DNA of 62,380 nt, filler included, from Rhabdomonas costata (Eukaryota), in NCBI GenBank assembly GCA_019059605.1. It is 30 parts of 30 records of this genome, joined end to end, with 100 filler letters (N's around TTAATTAATTAA, not from the genome) between each part and the next. Parts side by side here need not be neighbours in the genome. Positions count along the whole stretch, not along the records: positions 10,411 to 12,392 come from JAHMHO010006754.1; positions 12,493 to 14,474 come from JAHMHO010006755.1; positions 14,575 to 16,555 come from JAHMHO010006756.1; positions 16,656 to 18,634 come from JAHMHO010006757.1; positions 18,735 to 20,714 come from JAHMHO010006758.1; positions 20,815 to 22,794 come from JAHMHO010006759.1; positions 22,895 to 24,865 come from JAHMHO010006760.1; 23 more parts are not named here. One strand, written 5' to 3'. Of this stretch, positions 11,091-23,208 are shown in pieces. Below the pieces are notes generated by a model that made no database searches, was not told the DNA's origin, and was given only the letters and a program-made list of their open reading frames with translations. The stretch's first letter is position 1, and each line of letters begins with the position of its first letter. The position numbers and the translations under genes were made by a program.

Positions 11091-13495
11091 GGTGGAGGTG
11101 GAGATGCTGGAAGGTAACCCAACAAAGTTCCCAACAGGTACCCCGAAAGGGCTCCAAAGTTCACATACAAAGCGACATGCACAGTGGAAAAAATGCAAGG
11201 CTGAGCAGAGAGAGAAAACACGTGCGATGTGAGCGGTGCACGTCCGCCCAGAAGAAACACCGGGAATAAATCATCCGAACCAGGCAGGTGGACATGCAAT
11301 AAAAGAAACAAGAAATAGAGACAGACACGAATCGACAGTGCGAACCCCCGGTAAAGGATGTTTTGTGGTCAAGTGGTAATTAGTAGGGATTCCGTGGCTT
11401 TGAAGCTAAGCAAAAACGCCAGCATTCCCTAGTTTATACAGCTTTCATACCAACCTTCTTCGAAATTTTCCTTCAATTCATATGACAAAGCTCCATTTTA
11501 AAATGCACTCTTTGGGGTCAATATCCCCAGCTCGAACCCCCCTTATTATGGCGAGCAACAAACTCAATAGATCGGCAGCAAAAAGTGCCACTTAGTTGCC
11601 TTTGGAGTCGCTTCGCTCCGTGCTAACCGCCCGCAGACAAAATATACTTGATGGCAATGATGACGCATCCAATGACAACGTTGTAGCAGGTGAAACTCAG
11701 GTCAAAATGTAAAACTGTGGTTAGAAATCACAAGAACACGGCAAACCGCTGTAAATCATGGCCAAAGGCCCTAAAATGCCCCATTTTGGCCCCACATCGA
11801 CATTTCAACCCCACCAGCAGTTCAAACAGGCTACCCGTTCGTATCGTCTGCCGTTTTTTTTTTGCAAGCACTCGTACATATTTGCAATCTTCGACCAAAG
11901 TAAAATTCTCTGAACTTTTGAGAATGAAAGATTGTGCGAGTGGTGGAGGTAGCACAACCCCCACCTCGGCCCTGCTGAGCCCCGCCTGAGGTTTATTACA
12001 AGGTTGAAGCAATGCAATGCAAGAGAACCTGACAAGCACCACAGCAAGTTCGGCCCTCAGCCCGCGAAAAGAACACGGCGCAGTATAACCCATGTCATTG
12101 CGCAGAGAAGCAAAGTGTCGGCCCCAGATACAACAAACACAGTGCGCCTGAACAAAAGAAAGCGGAATGGTGGCGCTGGGATTGGAGGAATGTTGAACGG
12201 AAAACGAAGTCAAATAAAATGCAACAAATCCGGCTGTGATCGAGACAGAGGTGTTTCAGGGAAAACTCGAAATAAACAAGAATATAATTGAACCCCCACG
12301 CGACAACAGAATATGGTATACCTACCGCAGTGAACCTTTTTTTCGGGGACAGCTGCATCGCTCCCTAACCCCATGCGAGACTAATTATCATGNNNNNNNN
12401 NNNNNNNNNNNNNNNNNNNNNNNNNNNNNNNNNNNNTTAATTAATTAANNNNNNNNNNNNNNNNNNNNNNNNNNNNNNNNNNNNNNNNNNNNAAACCAAA
12501 AGATTAAACACTTGGAAGTGAGAGCAAGAGGGGCGCCGCAAAAAAGCGGCTGCGAGAATCGCTTCGTCGGGGTTTGTGTAAATGCGAACACACCAGCTGC
12601 TCCTGGCCCATCAAGGTCTTGATCTGGTTCCCGCTCTCATACTGCCTAAAATACCGGGACTGCCGCACACAGGATCGGTCCCCTAGCATGTTGCCAACGT
12701 TCTGGCACTCCGCGTCCCCGCTGTGCCAGTGCCCACTTCGCGACGTCAGAGACATTACCGAGGGCACGCACACTCAGTGGAACTGTTCACAGGCTTATTC
12801 CCTGCTTCAACGAGCAGCGCGAACAAAAGCTCGAAGCAAAGACGCCTCAAAGGCACTCAACAGCGGCGAACGCGGAAAGCAAAAAAAGGAATTCGAACTT
12901 GCTTATGCAAACCAGAGGAGGATAATGTGTATGAACTTTTGTGTGGAAGAGTGCCAGATTATTGGAAAGAGAATATTTGGAGGCAGACATGATGTGAAAT
13001 GTTAATTGTGAAAATGTGAAATGCGGCTCATCTTGCTGCCACCAAAACACGAAGTGCCCTGAAAGCTTGGCAAAAATCGGAAACAGCCTGGGATCGTTCA
13101 GGATGCAAACGACATACACAAATTATGTGCGATTCACAGTACAAAGCCCAGCAGTTCACGAGAATTCCCAAGTGGACCCACCGAAAAACTCAGAATGTCA
13201 ATTTATCGCACACACCTGACATTCAAGTCCAAACCCATTATTGCTGCACACGAACAGATAGATGTGACCGCTCAGTGTGGCAGAACAGAGATGTATCATC
13301 GAAAGAGAGGCTCAAGATTGGGGATCTGGTTTGAAGAAACCAGATACAGTTGGTAGTGATGGGAGCACCCCAAAAGTGGCAACTAACATGAACCCAAGTG
13401 ATCACTGTACAGAAAATACAGCATCGTCGCCCATCTGAAACAAGATCATATCATCACAGTAGACAAGCACGTCCGGGACGTACACCACCCTGAGC

Positions 13496-14474
13496 TCATG
13501 GAAGCGTGTCAGGTGGACTCTCCTCAGCAGAAAAGCTGCCATAAAGGCGGTTGAACTCCACGTAGCTCTCCAACTCACTGGAGTTGACACTAGCCCGTAC
13601 CTGACGTAGATCACAGTAGAAAGTGGGCGACAGTGGGAGACAATGGTCGCGAATACGGTCGTGGAGACCCCAAAAGGATTGTTCCGCGACAGAGACCTAA
13701 TCAGATCCTCTCCCACTGCATGGTCCCATTCGCAGCACTACGCGGGAGTGTCCGCGGGGGTAAAGGCTTGGAACCGTGGGATAATGCTTCCTCTGCGGCT
13801 GCGGGCCGAATTAGCCCCCCCTTCCCTACCAATTTAAACGCCACAGACCTGGCTTTACACAAAGAAAGGTGGGGCCATTTCATGGGATTCAGGCCCACAA
13901 TGCGCCGGAAGGTTTCTGTTAGCTGCCAAGGCCTGAGCAGAGAGCTTCACTCTTCATTCCGCACTTCAACAATTTTCGCGAGGGCAACTCGAGGGAGGAA
14001 GAGCGAGGCTGGGGGAGAATACCTGGCAAAAAGCCTTCAGGAAGTCTCCGTATTGGATCGGCCTCAGCGAGCGGCGGTCCACCTTCCGGATATCCCCTAG
14101 CTCCCGCACGGGTCCAAACGCAGCCTCGCTGCACAGGCGGGTGACGTCAGAGCCTGAAGATATGACAAGGGCATAAAGGGAACACCACTTCAGTGCAAAT
14201 GGACGTTATTTTTGCCTGGGAAGGATGTCACATCCGCAGCACTGGCACATTCGCCAACCAAAACGCCATCAGCTAGTCAGAAAGTAGTTGACGGGCAACA
14301 CTGGTGGCTGAGGGGGGGAGTCCAGGTCGCAAGTGATGGTTGATTTATGGAAGGGAAGCAATGCAGAAACGAAAAGAACGGAAATCGGCAGCCGGAAAAC
14401 GCGGTGGCAGATAGGGTGAAGGGAGTACCCGTGAACCCCTCCGTGCGGGTGATGATGGCCTCCTTCTGCTCCTC
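13496..14474 (-). CDS. Fidgetin/spastin-family AAA ATPase, last three exons (partial)
   Basis: Exons 14474-14429, 14153-14023 and 13600-13496 splice in phase to ...RTEGFTGSDVTRLCSEAAFGPVRELGDIRKVDRRSLRPIQYGDFLKAFCQVRASVNSSELESYVEFNRLYGSF..., the AAA lid plus Vps4_C-type tail. The ORF track does not show it. Confidence 0.88.
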
Positions 14475-14574
14475 NNNNNNNNNNNNNNNNNNNNNNNNNN
14501 NNNNNNNNNNNNNNNNNNTTAATTAATTAANNNNNNNNNNNNNNNNNNNNNNNNNNNNNNNNNNNNNNNNNNNN

Positions 14575-16325
14575 CAGCTCGGCAGGTTGTGTTGCGAGGC
14601 TGCCCCGCAGAGATTACCGCGCGGCACGTCCGGAATCACTATCAGAACATCTTTCAAACTGACCCGATTGCAAGGATTGACTGGAGGTTCGGGCCCAAAG
14701 CGACCCGAGGCGTCGCATTTGTGGAGTTCAGCAGCAAGGTTTCTCTTGACCCCCCCCCCCAGGTCCCTTGGGGGCGCGATCGCTGGGTTGAGTTCTGGTC
14801 CGGAATTTTGCATCTCATCACCTGACCTAGATCGTCATGGCTTTGAAAGCTATTGTGAATGTGTGAAATTTTGCGGCTGTTTATGTTTCTCATGTTGAGA
14901 GCAAACGTTTGTAACCTGGACTATTTCTTTTTTTGATGTGATTCATTGTGTTTCTGGAGTTTGTACGCGGGTTAATAGCAATACATGTGTCCCACCACTA
15001 CATTGATTCCATGTGAATGCGTTAAGTTTCTCGACTTCGTAGCGCACAGCTAACGAAGCAAATTGTGGAAACAAGTGGAACGAAATGACATTAGCAATGA
15101 ACGGAACAAAAACTAGTCTTATTCAGATACCAGTTTTGGCACCTGAGGACAATTTTGACCCTGCAAAGGTTTCGGCAATTTTGCTAAGTTGAATTGGAAC
15201 ACACACACACACACACCCCGACTCCACTCTGCTCGACTCCAGGAGTTCGCGGAGGCTGCTCTACAGCACCCCGCGCCTGTGGTTAACCGGTGTGTGCTTA
15301 CCGTGGAGCGCCCGCAGAAGCACGTCCCGCTGACCCCCGAGGAGCAAGTCCGCCGCCAGAGCTGCGAGATTTGTCTCGCTCCGGTGTACTGCCACGGCAC
15401 CAAAGAGGAGGAGGCACTGCTCCGGCACTATGGCGAGAAGAGGGTGGTGGAGCTGCGGCGGTTCAAGGAGCGAGTCTGGGTCTGCCCTCCTGGGACTTCT
15501 CTTTTGGGAGGAGTGGTTAAGCATCGCAGAAGTCCACCGCAGAAACGCAATCTACCTAGTGGGGCTAACTTGCTCGATAGATCGCTGTTGGGCCACTTTC
15601 TCAATGTGTCTTTCTGCCCCTGAGCTGTGCTTTTCGCCCACCAACACCGCTTTCGTTGTGGAGGTGATCGGGCTGGTGTAGCACTTCTTGAGGATTTCTT
15701 GAGGCAGCCAGCGGTGCAGAAGTATTGGCAAAGTGCCGCCAACGGGCACCACCGAGGGGTTAATATTAGGGTGCACCGCAGTGTTTCGGGTTCTACTGTA
15801 TTTACAAAAGACCCCAGGCCTCACCATCGCATTTTTACGTTTTCCCTCCACGTCACGGGACATGGCTTGATATTGGATCGTCATGAGATGATCAGCCGTG
15901 CTGAAGATGAATCCTGACACTTCGATACTACGTGATATCATTTGTGTATGACATTGTGTGAGGTTCCTCAAGGGGGGCTTAGCGGACGGTGCGGTTGGCT
16001 TCGGTCACGACCACCCTGAGCGTCAGTATCGCACCGATTCCCTTAATTTCCCTAAATGGATGGGATGTGGGCGTGGGGTTGGGGTGGGGGAACTCTGATT
16101 CCACAGATTCGGTTTCACACGGAGGAGCAGGCCAAGGCAGCCCTGGAAAAGGCCCCTCCTGTGATTCGGGGGAGCACCCCAAAGGTGCTTCGGGCTGGCG
16201 GTGCCGGTGCCGCAGGTCACCCTTCAATAGGCAAGCCGGTGGAGCACCCGGGCCCGGAGGGACTGCCCGGCGCTGCTCGAGAAGGCAAGCCTTCGAAGCG
16301 CAGGAAGCGTCCCCGCGAGAAATGA
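14575..16325 (+). CDS. Multi-RRM RNA-binding protein, last three exons (partial)
   Basis: Exons 14575-14738, 15243-15479 and 16107-16325. RNP1 reads 'RGVAFVEFSSK|EFAEAAL' and a second RRM reads 'RVW|IRFHTEEQAKAALE'. The basic C-terminus KRRKRPREK is NLS-like. Confidence 0.8.
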
Positions 16326-18734
16326 GGGCGACCTGCCTGTGGCTGAAGTCGTTGTTGCTCGGAACCTGTTTGGTCGAGCAGCGCTGAATTGGACCTGTCA
16401 CCTTTCGGTCACACGTTTCCGGCCTTCCCAGTCTGCTGAAATCGCCCTGTAATCCTGCTCATAGCCACCAACACCCATGAGCCCATCGCGGGTAGACCTG
16501 ACCGTCAATTTGTTCCCGACCCAAACACAATGATCTATCCATATTCCACAAACAANNNNNNNNNNNNNNNNNNNNNNNNNNNNNNNNNNNNNNNNNNNNT
16601 TAATTAATTAANNNNNNNNNNNNNNNNNNNNNNNNNNNNNNNNNNNNNNNNNNNNGTTGTTGTTTTTTGGGCGGGGTAGGGTGGCGATGCACGCTTTCTG
16701 AGGTCTCCATAGTGCACAAGGGCGGAGTTAGGTGGGAAAGTGCGCTCCCCCATATTGCTCAAGTGTATAAAGGGGGAGGTACGTGGGGAAGCCAGCGTCC
16801 CCCCGTCTTATCCTGGTGGTCTCCGCTCTGCTGCGCTCTGCGGCCCAAGATCCAAGGTATTTGCACGAGAGAAAGGGAGAGATTGAGAGGGGGGGTGCAC
16901 ATACAACTGCCAGCGCTGATCCCTCTTTCCGTTCGCCTGTGGTTCACGGCTTGGGAGCCTCATTAAAGAGATTTTGAAACTTTGAGGGCAAGAGTGCACA
17001 CATTAGTGGAACTGTCTTTCGAGTTAGAGGTGTTGTTGGAGTTCAGTGGGAGTTAGGAGAGCAGGAGTTCAGTAGGAGTTCGGAGAGTGTTTTCAGACCC
17101 ACGATCAACCATACGAACGCTGCTGATAGTTTTTCACCACTGGCGGTTGCCACGTTCCTTAGAACCTCTGCCCGTGTTACCTTTCTTGAAGCCTAGAACT
17201 ACTACTACTAAAAATAATCCCGGCGTCTTCGTGCACTGCGCCTTTTGCGGGATATCCGATGTGAAACCAGAGATAAGGGGGTTCTCTGAGAGCTCAACCG
17301 GTCCCAACCGCTCGCGATTTCTTCGACCTCCGCAGTGAAGCGGACTCCCAGTACGGTTTTTTGAATCCTTGTGGACAACCCGCCAGGTGTTGACATTCCA
17401 GTCTAAATAGTCTTAATACTGAGCAAGGTAGCAGGGCGGCACTCAACGTCCGGCGATGTCACAGCGTTTGCTCAGACAAGTCAGAACAGCGAAACTGAAA
17501 GGGCTAAAAGCGTTCCTTTGCTGCTCACTTCGCTTTCCTTTACGATTTGCAGCTTTTCCACTTTCTCACTGGTTCCAGCGAAAAAAATGCTCGCGGAGGG
17601 CTTCTCGAAAGGCCTTTCGAGGTTGATCATCGCAGTCTTTGCAATCTCTGTTGTTCTGTGGTCGCCGGTGGACAGCGCAGACACCGTCGTTTTCAAGGAG
17701 GGGCCACTGCTGGTGCTGACGGATGTGTCGCTGTGCGTACGCGTGACATGGAAGCTAAACAGCGCGAGCTCTGGGACCTGCAGCATTAAGTACTCCCCCC
17801 CCATCTCCTGGGTGTGCGTTTTCTTGCAGCGCATTGCTGGTGCGTTTCTGGTAAGAGGTAGGGGTTGTTTAGAGATCGCTACCTTGGGCTTTCCATTCGC
17901 TTCTAATTCGTCTGAGAGCTCTCAATATTTGAATTCAGCTCTTCGGATTACAACACCTGCGGAATTGTCGGTGGACTGGTTGGACTGACAGACCGGGAAT
18001 ATCCAGTAATGCTTTCTTGTTTTCTTAATAGCAATTATCGGGTTCAGTTGCAGCCGCTTGCATGGGGCTTCCATAGATGGATACCACCCACCTTAACTCT
18101 TCGTCAGTCTCTGCTCTTGAGCCCGCTTGCAGAGACCTCGTTCTTCTCTGAAGTAGCAGGTGACTGTCATGATATGATATCTTAGTTTCTCGGTCTGTGC
18201 GACCGGGAAACCCGCCGGGAGACCGAGAATCTCCTTGACGCTTGGAGGTCTCAGCACGATTCGCTCCAGGTCCTGGACGAGATTTTGCCTCCTTGAAAGT
18301 TGTGGGTATTTTTCTCGGGAGCCCACGCCGGGCAGTGGCTGAATTGCCCCTCCCCCCAGGCTTTTCCGCGCTGGACACCTGCCGACCTGCGGAACCTTCC
18401 TCGCTGGCTTTCGGCCGTTCCCCTGGACGTCTGCAAGTAGTGCCGTCTGTGCGGAAGCGCGCAGGATGCCTTCAATGACCAGGGAGTGAACGTGCGCCAC
18501 AAATGACACGCCGGCCGGCCTCCTCCGCGAGATGCCGAACCGCAGCCGAGCCCGGTACCAATCGAAGCCGTCCTTGCTGGGTGTTCCCGGACCTCCCCCA
18601 TGGCCTTCGACACCGCTGTCGTCCCCCCCACAACNNNNNNNNNNNNNNNNNNNNNNNNNNNNNNNNNNNNNNNNNNNNTTAATTAATTAANNNNNNNNNN
18701 NNNNNNNNNNNNNNNNNNNNNNNNNNNNNNNNNN

Positions 18735-18800
18735 TTGTGGTGGGTGCACTCCAGCCCGTCCATCACGGGCATGAAGGTGTCCATGAGGATGGCCGCGTAG
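18735..18800 (-). CDS. Response-regulator receiver-domain exon fragment
   Basis: After CCGCAG it reads YAAILMDTFMPVMDGLECT, matching the receiver phospho-acceptor motif (ILMDxxMPxMDGLE). Truncated by the contig edge. Confidence 0.75.
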
Positions 18801-19073
18801 CTGCGGATGAAGTCCACAACTGGTTGCATTTTTCCATGGGGCACCCCAAGTGACGGCACAGCACATTGGGGCAACTCATCATTTATCATCATCACCACTA
18901 CCCAAACTCAGGAAACGCATACAATTGGCTGTGACACCAAAGGGAAAAATATGACTTGATGAGATGGCACTCCATCTTCTCACAGCTCACTCTTCAGACG
19001 ACAACCACCATATTCACCATATCCTTTTGGCTCCCTCACCACATCCCTCTCTTTCCATCCTTCCCCGCTGCGT

Positions 19074-20487
19074 TTAGGGCTTGTGCGGGGTGATGGTCTC
19101 GCTGGCAGAGGCCTCCAGGGCGGCCTCCCGGTCACGCTCCCTATCTCGCTCGCGCTCCCGCTCCCGGGCCAACTCGATGTTCAGGGCCAGGCGGGCCTGG
19201 CTCTGCTGGTGCTTGATGTAGGTGTACCACATCATCCCCACCACGGCAAGCACAATCCCTTGCGCGGGAGGAGGAGGAGGATAACCCACGCACACGCACT
19301 GAGAAAGGCCTTGAAAACCCCTTACAGGTGTGCTAATGAGGTATATCTCAGGCCATTGTGATGTCAGTCTGAAGTACTCCCGGGAGACACAAAGAAGCTC
19401 GGACCGAGAGCTTGAGCCGGGGTTGTGTTGGACTCTGAACCTTGAACTTTTTTTTGCCGCATTGAACTTTGGAGTGTATCCCATTGAACGTTGAGGCTTT
19501 TGAAAACGTTTGGCTGACGTTGAAGTGAGCGTTGAGGATTTTTGGCCTTTGCGACTGAAGGGAAATTACATTGAACTTTGACCTGGCACCTGACTGGCAT
19601 TGAATTGCATTGAACTTTTTGGAACAGCCCTGCTTGAGCACTGGCCCAGGCTCTGAAAAGGTCTAAGAATGGCAACTTTTGGGGTTCTTTGAAAATTTCG
19701 AAAGGCCTCAGTGATTTTTTTTGGTCTTTCGGGCACACACGGCACAGATATACGCGAAGGGCATTGTGCAATGTCCAGCGTCCAGTCGGGCGGAGAGGGG
19801 GAGCGGGGAAAGAGGAGAGGGGTAAGCGACAACGTGGTGTTTGTGTGAGTGTGTGTCAATGAATTCGCTCACCAAACAGGTTTTTCCAGACGAAGGGCTG
19901 GTGAAGAATCGTGAATCCGAAGAAGATCACCGCGCAGGTCTTAAAGTGGCCCACCACTTGGTACCTGAATTCCACAAAGAGTCGGAGAAACAGAAACCAG
20001 AATCCGGCAGGTGGTGCCTTTTCACCTTTTCACATGGTTTGAATTTGACAGCCTACCCTCCAGCAACGCATGACCGGAGCAAGGAACAAGGAACCCAAAA
20101 AACCGGAACCGAGATAAAAAATGATGGGTTCTTCACTGACATCTTCTTTCCTTTGCACAACCCGGTTTGAACCATAAGAAGAAAACCGGTTTGAACCATC
20201 AGAAAGAACAAGTCTTGAATGAGGTATCAACTGCTGCGATTTTGGGTGCAGGGTGAATCGTGAGGCCCGAGAAGATGACCTTTGTTTGCTGTGTGTTTGC
20301 CCACCCACCGCTGTGCCCGTCGTGCCTTTGTCGTGTCTTTGTTCCAAGTGTGAGTAAGACCCTGTGCGTATGCGTTGCTGTGTGCAATGTGCTGGGGGAC
20401 GCACGTCACGGGACTGGTCTTTCCAATGATCAAGAACACCGTAAGGTTGACCCCGAACGCAATGAGCCCAGTCGCCATGATCAAGGA
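19074..20487 (-). CDS. Nucleotide-sugar/triose-phosphate transporter family (SLC35E3/UXT-like), last three exons (partial)
   Basis: Exons 20487-20405, 19964-19873 and 19258-19074 give ...AFGVNLTVFLIIGKTSPVTYQVVGHFKTCAVIFFGF...NLFGIVLAVVGMMWYTY..., the TPT-family C-terminal signature. Confidence 0.88.
19436..19625. repeat. Intronic (CA)TTGAAC(TTT)-rich degenerate repeat
   Basis: At least five CATTGAA(C/T) copies. A related cluster lies at 46773-46960. Confidence 0.65.
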
Positions 20488-20814
20488 CTGTCGCGCGCGC
20501 GGGAAAGAGCCGCAATATACAAACATACAAAGGAAATTGCCAACCACTCAAAAGTCACCCCTGCAGGGCAGGCACTTGCAGCAGTACGCAGAAACACTAA
20601 CCAGCCCCATGCTCGGATCTTCCCCGGAAGAGCTACAGCCGATGATGGGGGGCAGAGCAACAGGAAGCTCCTTTCGGCTTGTCACTCAGATGGTGCAGGC
20701 AACAACCCCCCCCCNNNNNNNNNNNNNNNNNNNNNNNNNNNNNNNNNNNNNNNNNNNNTTAATTAATTAANNNNNNNNNNNNNNNNNNNNNNNNNNNNNN
20801 NNNNNNNNNNNNNN

Positions 20815-22334
20815 TGTTGTGGGTTGAGAAGTCAGCTGGAGGCGACACTCGCCAGCAGTGATGTTGCGCAAGTGTCAGCCGCTGAGAACATCGAAGCCAT
20901 AGTGCAGCTCAGAGCCCAAGTTGCCTCCTTGCAGGCTGAGGTTCAGATTCTACAAGGCCGGGAAATCGAACTGCAGGAAGCGCTGGCTGCCCAGAGCCTG
21001 TGTAGCGCAGAGTCTGCGGGCAATGCACACAGCGCGACGATGGCCGCCATCGAAGCCTTTGCCCACGAAATCGAGGAGGGCGTCGCCTCACACATGGCTC
21101 GGGTAGAATGCTCCAGCCTGGCTTCCTTGGGGAGGTTGGAAAGGCTATCTTCTATGGCCGCCGAGAAGTTGAAGGTATGTGATGGGGGTGGGGAGCTTTT
21201 TTCCATGCCGTTCAGGCCAGGTGGTCGATGAAAACCTCTTACGAGCAGCGGTCTTGTGCAGCACACGTTTTGGAAGCGAACAGGCTCTTATGTGTGGTTT
21301 GGAGGGTTTTTTGGGTGGCTTTTTCTTTGTCGTTTGGGATGTCTTTGCGGTAGAAATTTTTCGTTTTTCGTTTTTCATTGGGGTTTTCCCTATTTTTTCG
21401 CATGGTGATACACCCTTCTGAGCGTCTTATCGGTTGCTTCAATTTTCACTGAATTGTTAATGCTAGACCAAGAACAGAGAAAGTTTTTAACGAGACTGAG
21501 ACGTTCGCTCAGTTAAATATGCCGCTTTCCTTTCCTGGTCCAAATAAGGACTGCCGAAGTCTCCCACCTTATTTCTTGACAAGGCGCTGCAACTGTGATC
21601 CTCACCCGCCCTTAGTTCTTCCGGACACCAACACCTTTTCTTAAACAGGCAAGGACCACCGGGCATCAGCGTTGTCCAGCCGAATTATCTGCGTTGTTGG
21701 CTGCGGTGTGCCAGTTTTGCAGGGAACAAGGGGAGACTCTTCCTCCTTCTCCAAGCTCATTTGACCTGACGCTTGCAGTGCAATTGGTGGCACAGCGCTT
21801 AAGGCTAAGAAGCGTGCCTTCGGAGATCGCTCCTTCGACGAACTCTTCGCCTCTGGATTCGGCGCGACCCGATGGGGAGCAGTTGCACACCCAAAATGAA
21901 TGTCTTGGCTGCAATGTGGGTACGGAATTCGCTTCCTTGCCTGAAGGCGGTTTTCAGAAGCCCAGCGACGGCGTGGGGGAAGCAGGCCTGTGCATCGCGT
22001 TGCCAAGCTGCTCCGCAGTGCAACCCGAGGTTTGCTCATTGCACTCTTCTCCTGCACTCATCTTTGCCAGCTGCTGCCCTGTGTGCGTTTTTTTTTTACG
22101 TCGGCTGGCATGTGCTCGATTTAAGGTGCATTCGACCTTGTCACCCCCAATTCCCTTGTTGTTTTCCAGGGCTTCTGGTTTGTGCGCCTTCCTGGTTTAA
22201 AGCTGCTGTTGTCGAGTGCGGGCATGCTTTTCCCTGCTGAGCCCGCGGTGCAATGTTTGGCGTCGGAACCCTTGTTTGCCTCACCAATTGCTGACGACTG
22301 TTCTCCCGTTGTCAGGAGCTGCAGCCCGCCGCAG
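20815..22334 (+). CDS. Hypothetical coiled-coil protein, three internal exons (partial)
   Basis: Exons from the contig start to 21174, 21649-22029 and 22170-22334 join in phase 0 at GT-AG sites. The first exon has a heptad-like pattern. Confidence 0.6.
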
Positions 22335-23208
22335 GTGTGTGGATATTTTTTCCAGCTGCTTGTTATTGCGATTGGTGCTGGTGTGTGGCTGGCCAAGGGA
22401 TACCTTTATTTTCTATTGGGTCTCTTGGGTGTTTTTTCTCCACATCATTTGAAGGAAAAGTTGGATCACATCTGCTGGGCCTCTTGGAATTTTATTTTGG
22501 GGGCGGAGGGGCGTTAAACGTTTAGCACTGCTGACCGGTCATATATTTCCTAACCCCCCTTGAATTTAATTATGTCTGTCTGTCTAGGGGGAAGGAAAAC
22601 AGTATACCTAACCCATTTTTCTAAAATATAGGCATTTTAGGTAGTTCACACAGTTTAACTAACCACCCGTTTTTTTATAAAAAAAATAGCATCTCCAAAA
22701 AACCTTCCGATTCGATCGTTCGATCCGTGGACGGGTTGGAACATTCCATGGGGCGGGCGATGCACCTTTTAGCACTGCCATACGTGTAACCCACNNNNNN
22801 NNNNNNNNNNNNNNNNNNNNNNNNNNNNNNNNNNNNNNTTAATTAATTAANNNNNNNNNNNNNNNNNNNNNNNNNNNNNNNNNNNNNNNNNNNNTTTTTG
22901 GTGGCAAGTACCATTTGTCTCTCTTTTGTCTGTCTCCCTATACCGACCTGGAAATTCAAAAATCTATACTGATAAAGTGAACTCAAAATTGGACATTCAG
23001 GAAAAGGGGTGAGGAAAGCCTGGTTTTTTCTTGGAAGTGTTTTTGCTTCTTTTCGGCCTGTTCTTCGTGTGTCTACTCCAACGTCCTACTTTTGATGATG
23101 TGATATCATGTGATATCCTTTATGCCCTTTCTCCTTCTTTCTCTTTTGCTTCACAGCCCGTTTGCTCTGTAATTTTACTTCATTTTTGTGAGAACAACCT
23201 TTTGCGCA

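Noticed and set aside
12594..12660. Small minus-strand exon candidate SRYFRQYESGNQIKTLMGQEQL
   Set aside because: It has AG/GT flanks but is too short to assign or link to a gene.
16656..18634. Several 115-155 aa ORFs, possibly a decayed retroelement ORF1
   Set aside because: No recognisable motif, the frames are inconsistent, and there is no splice structure.
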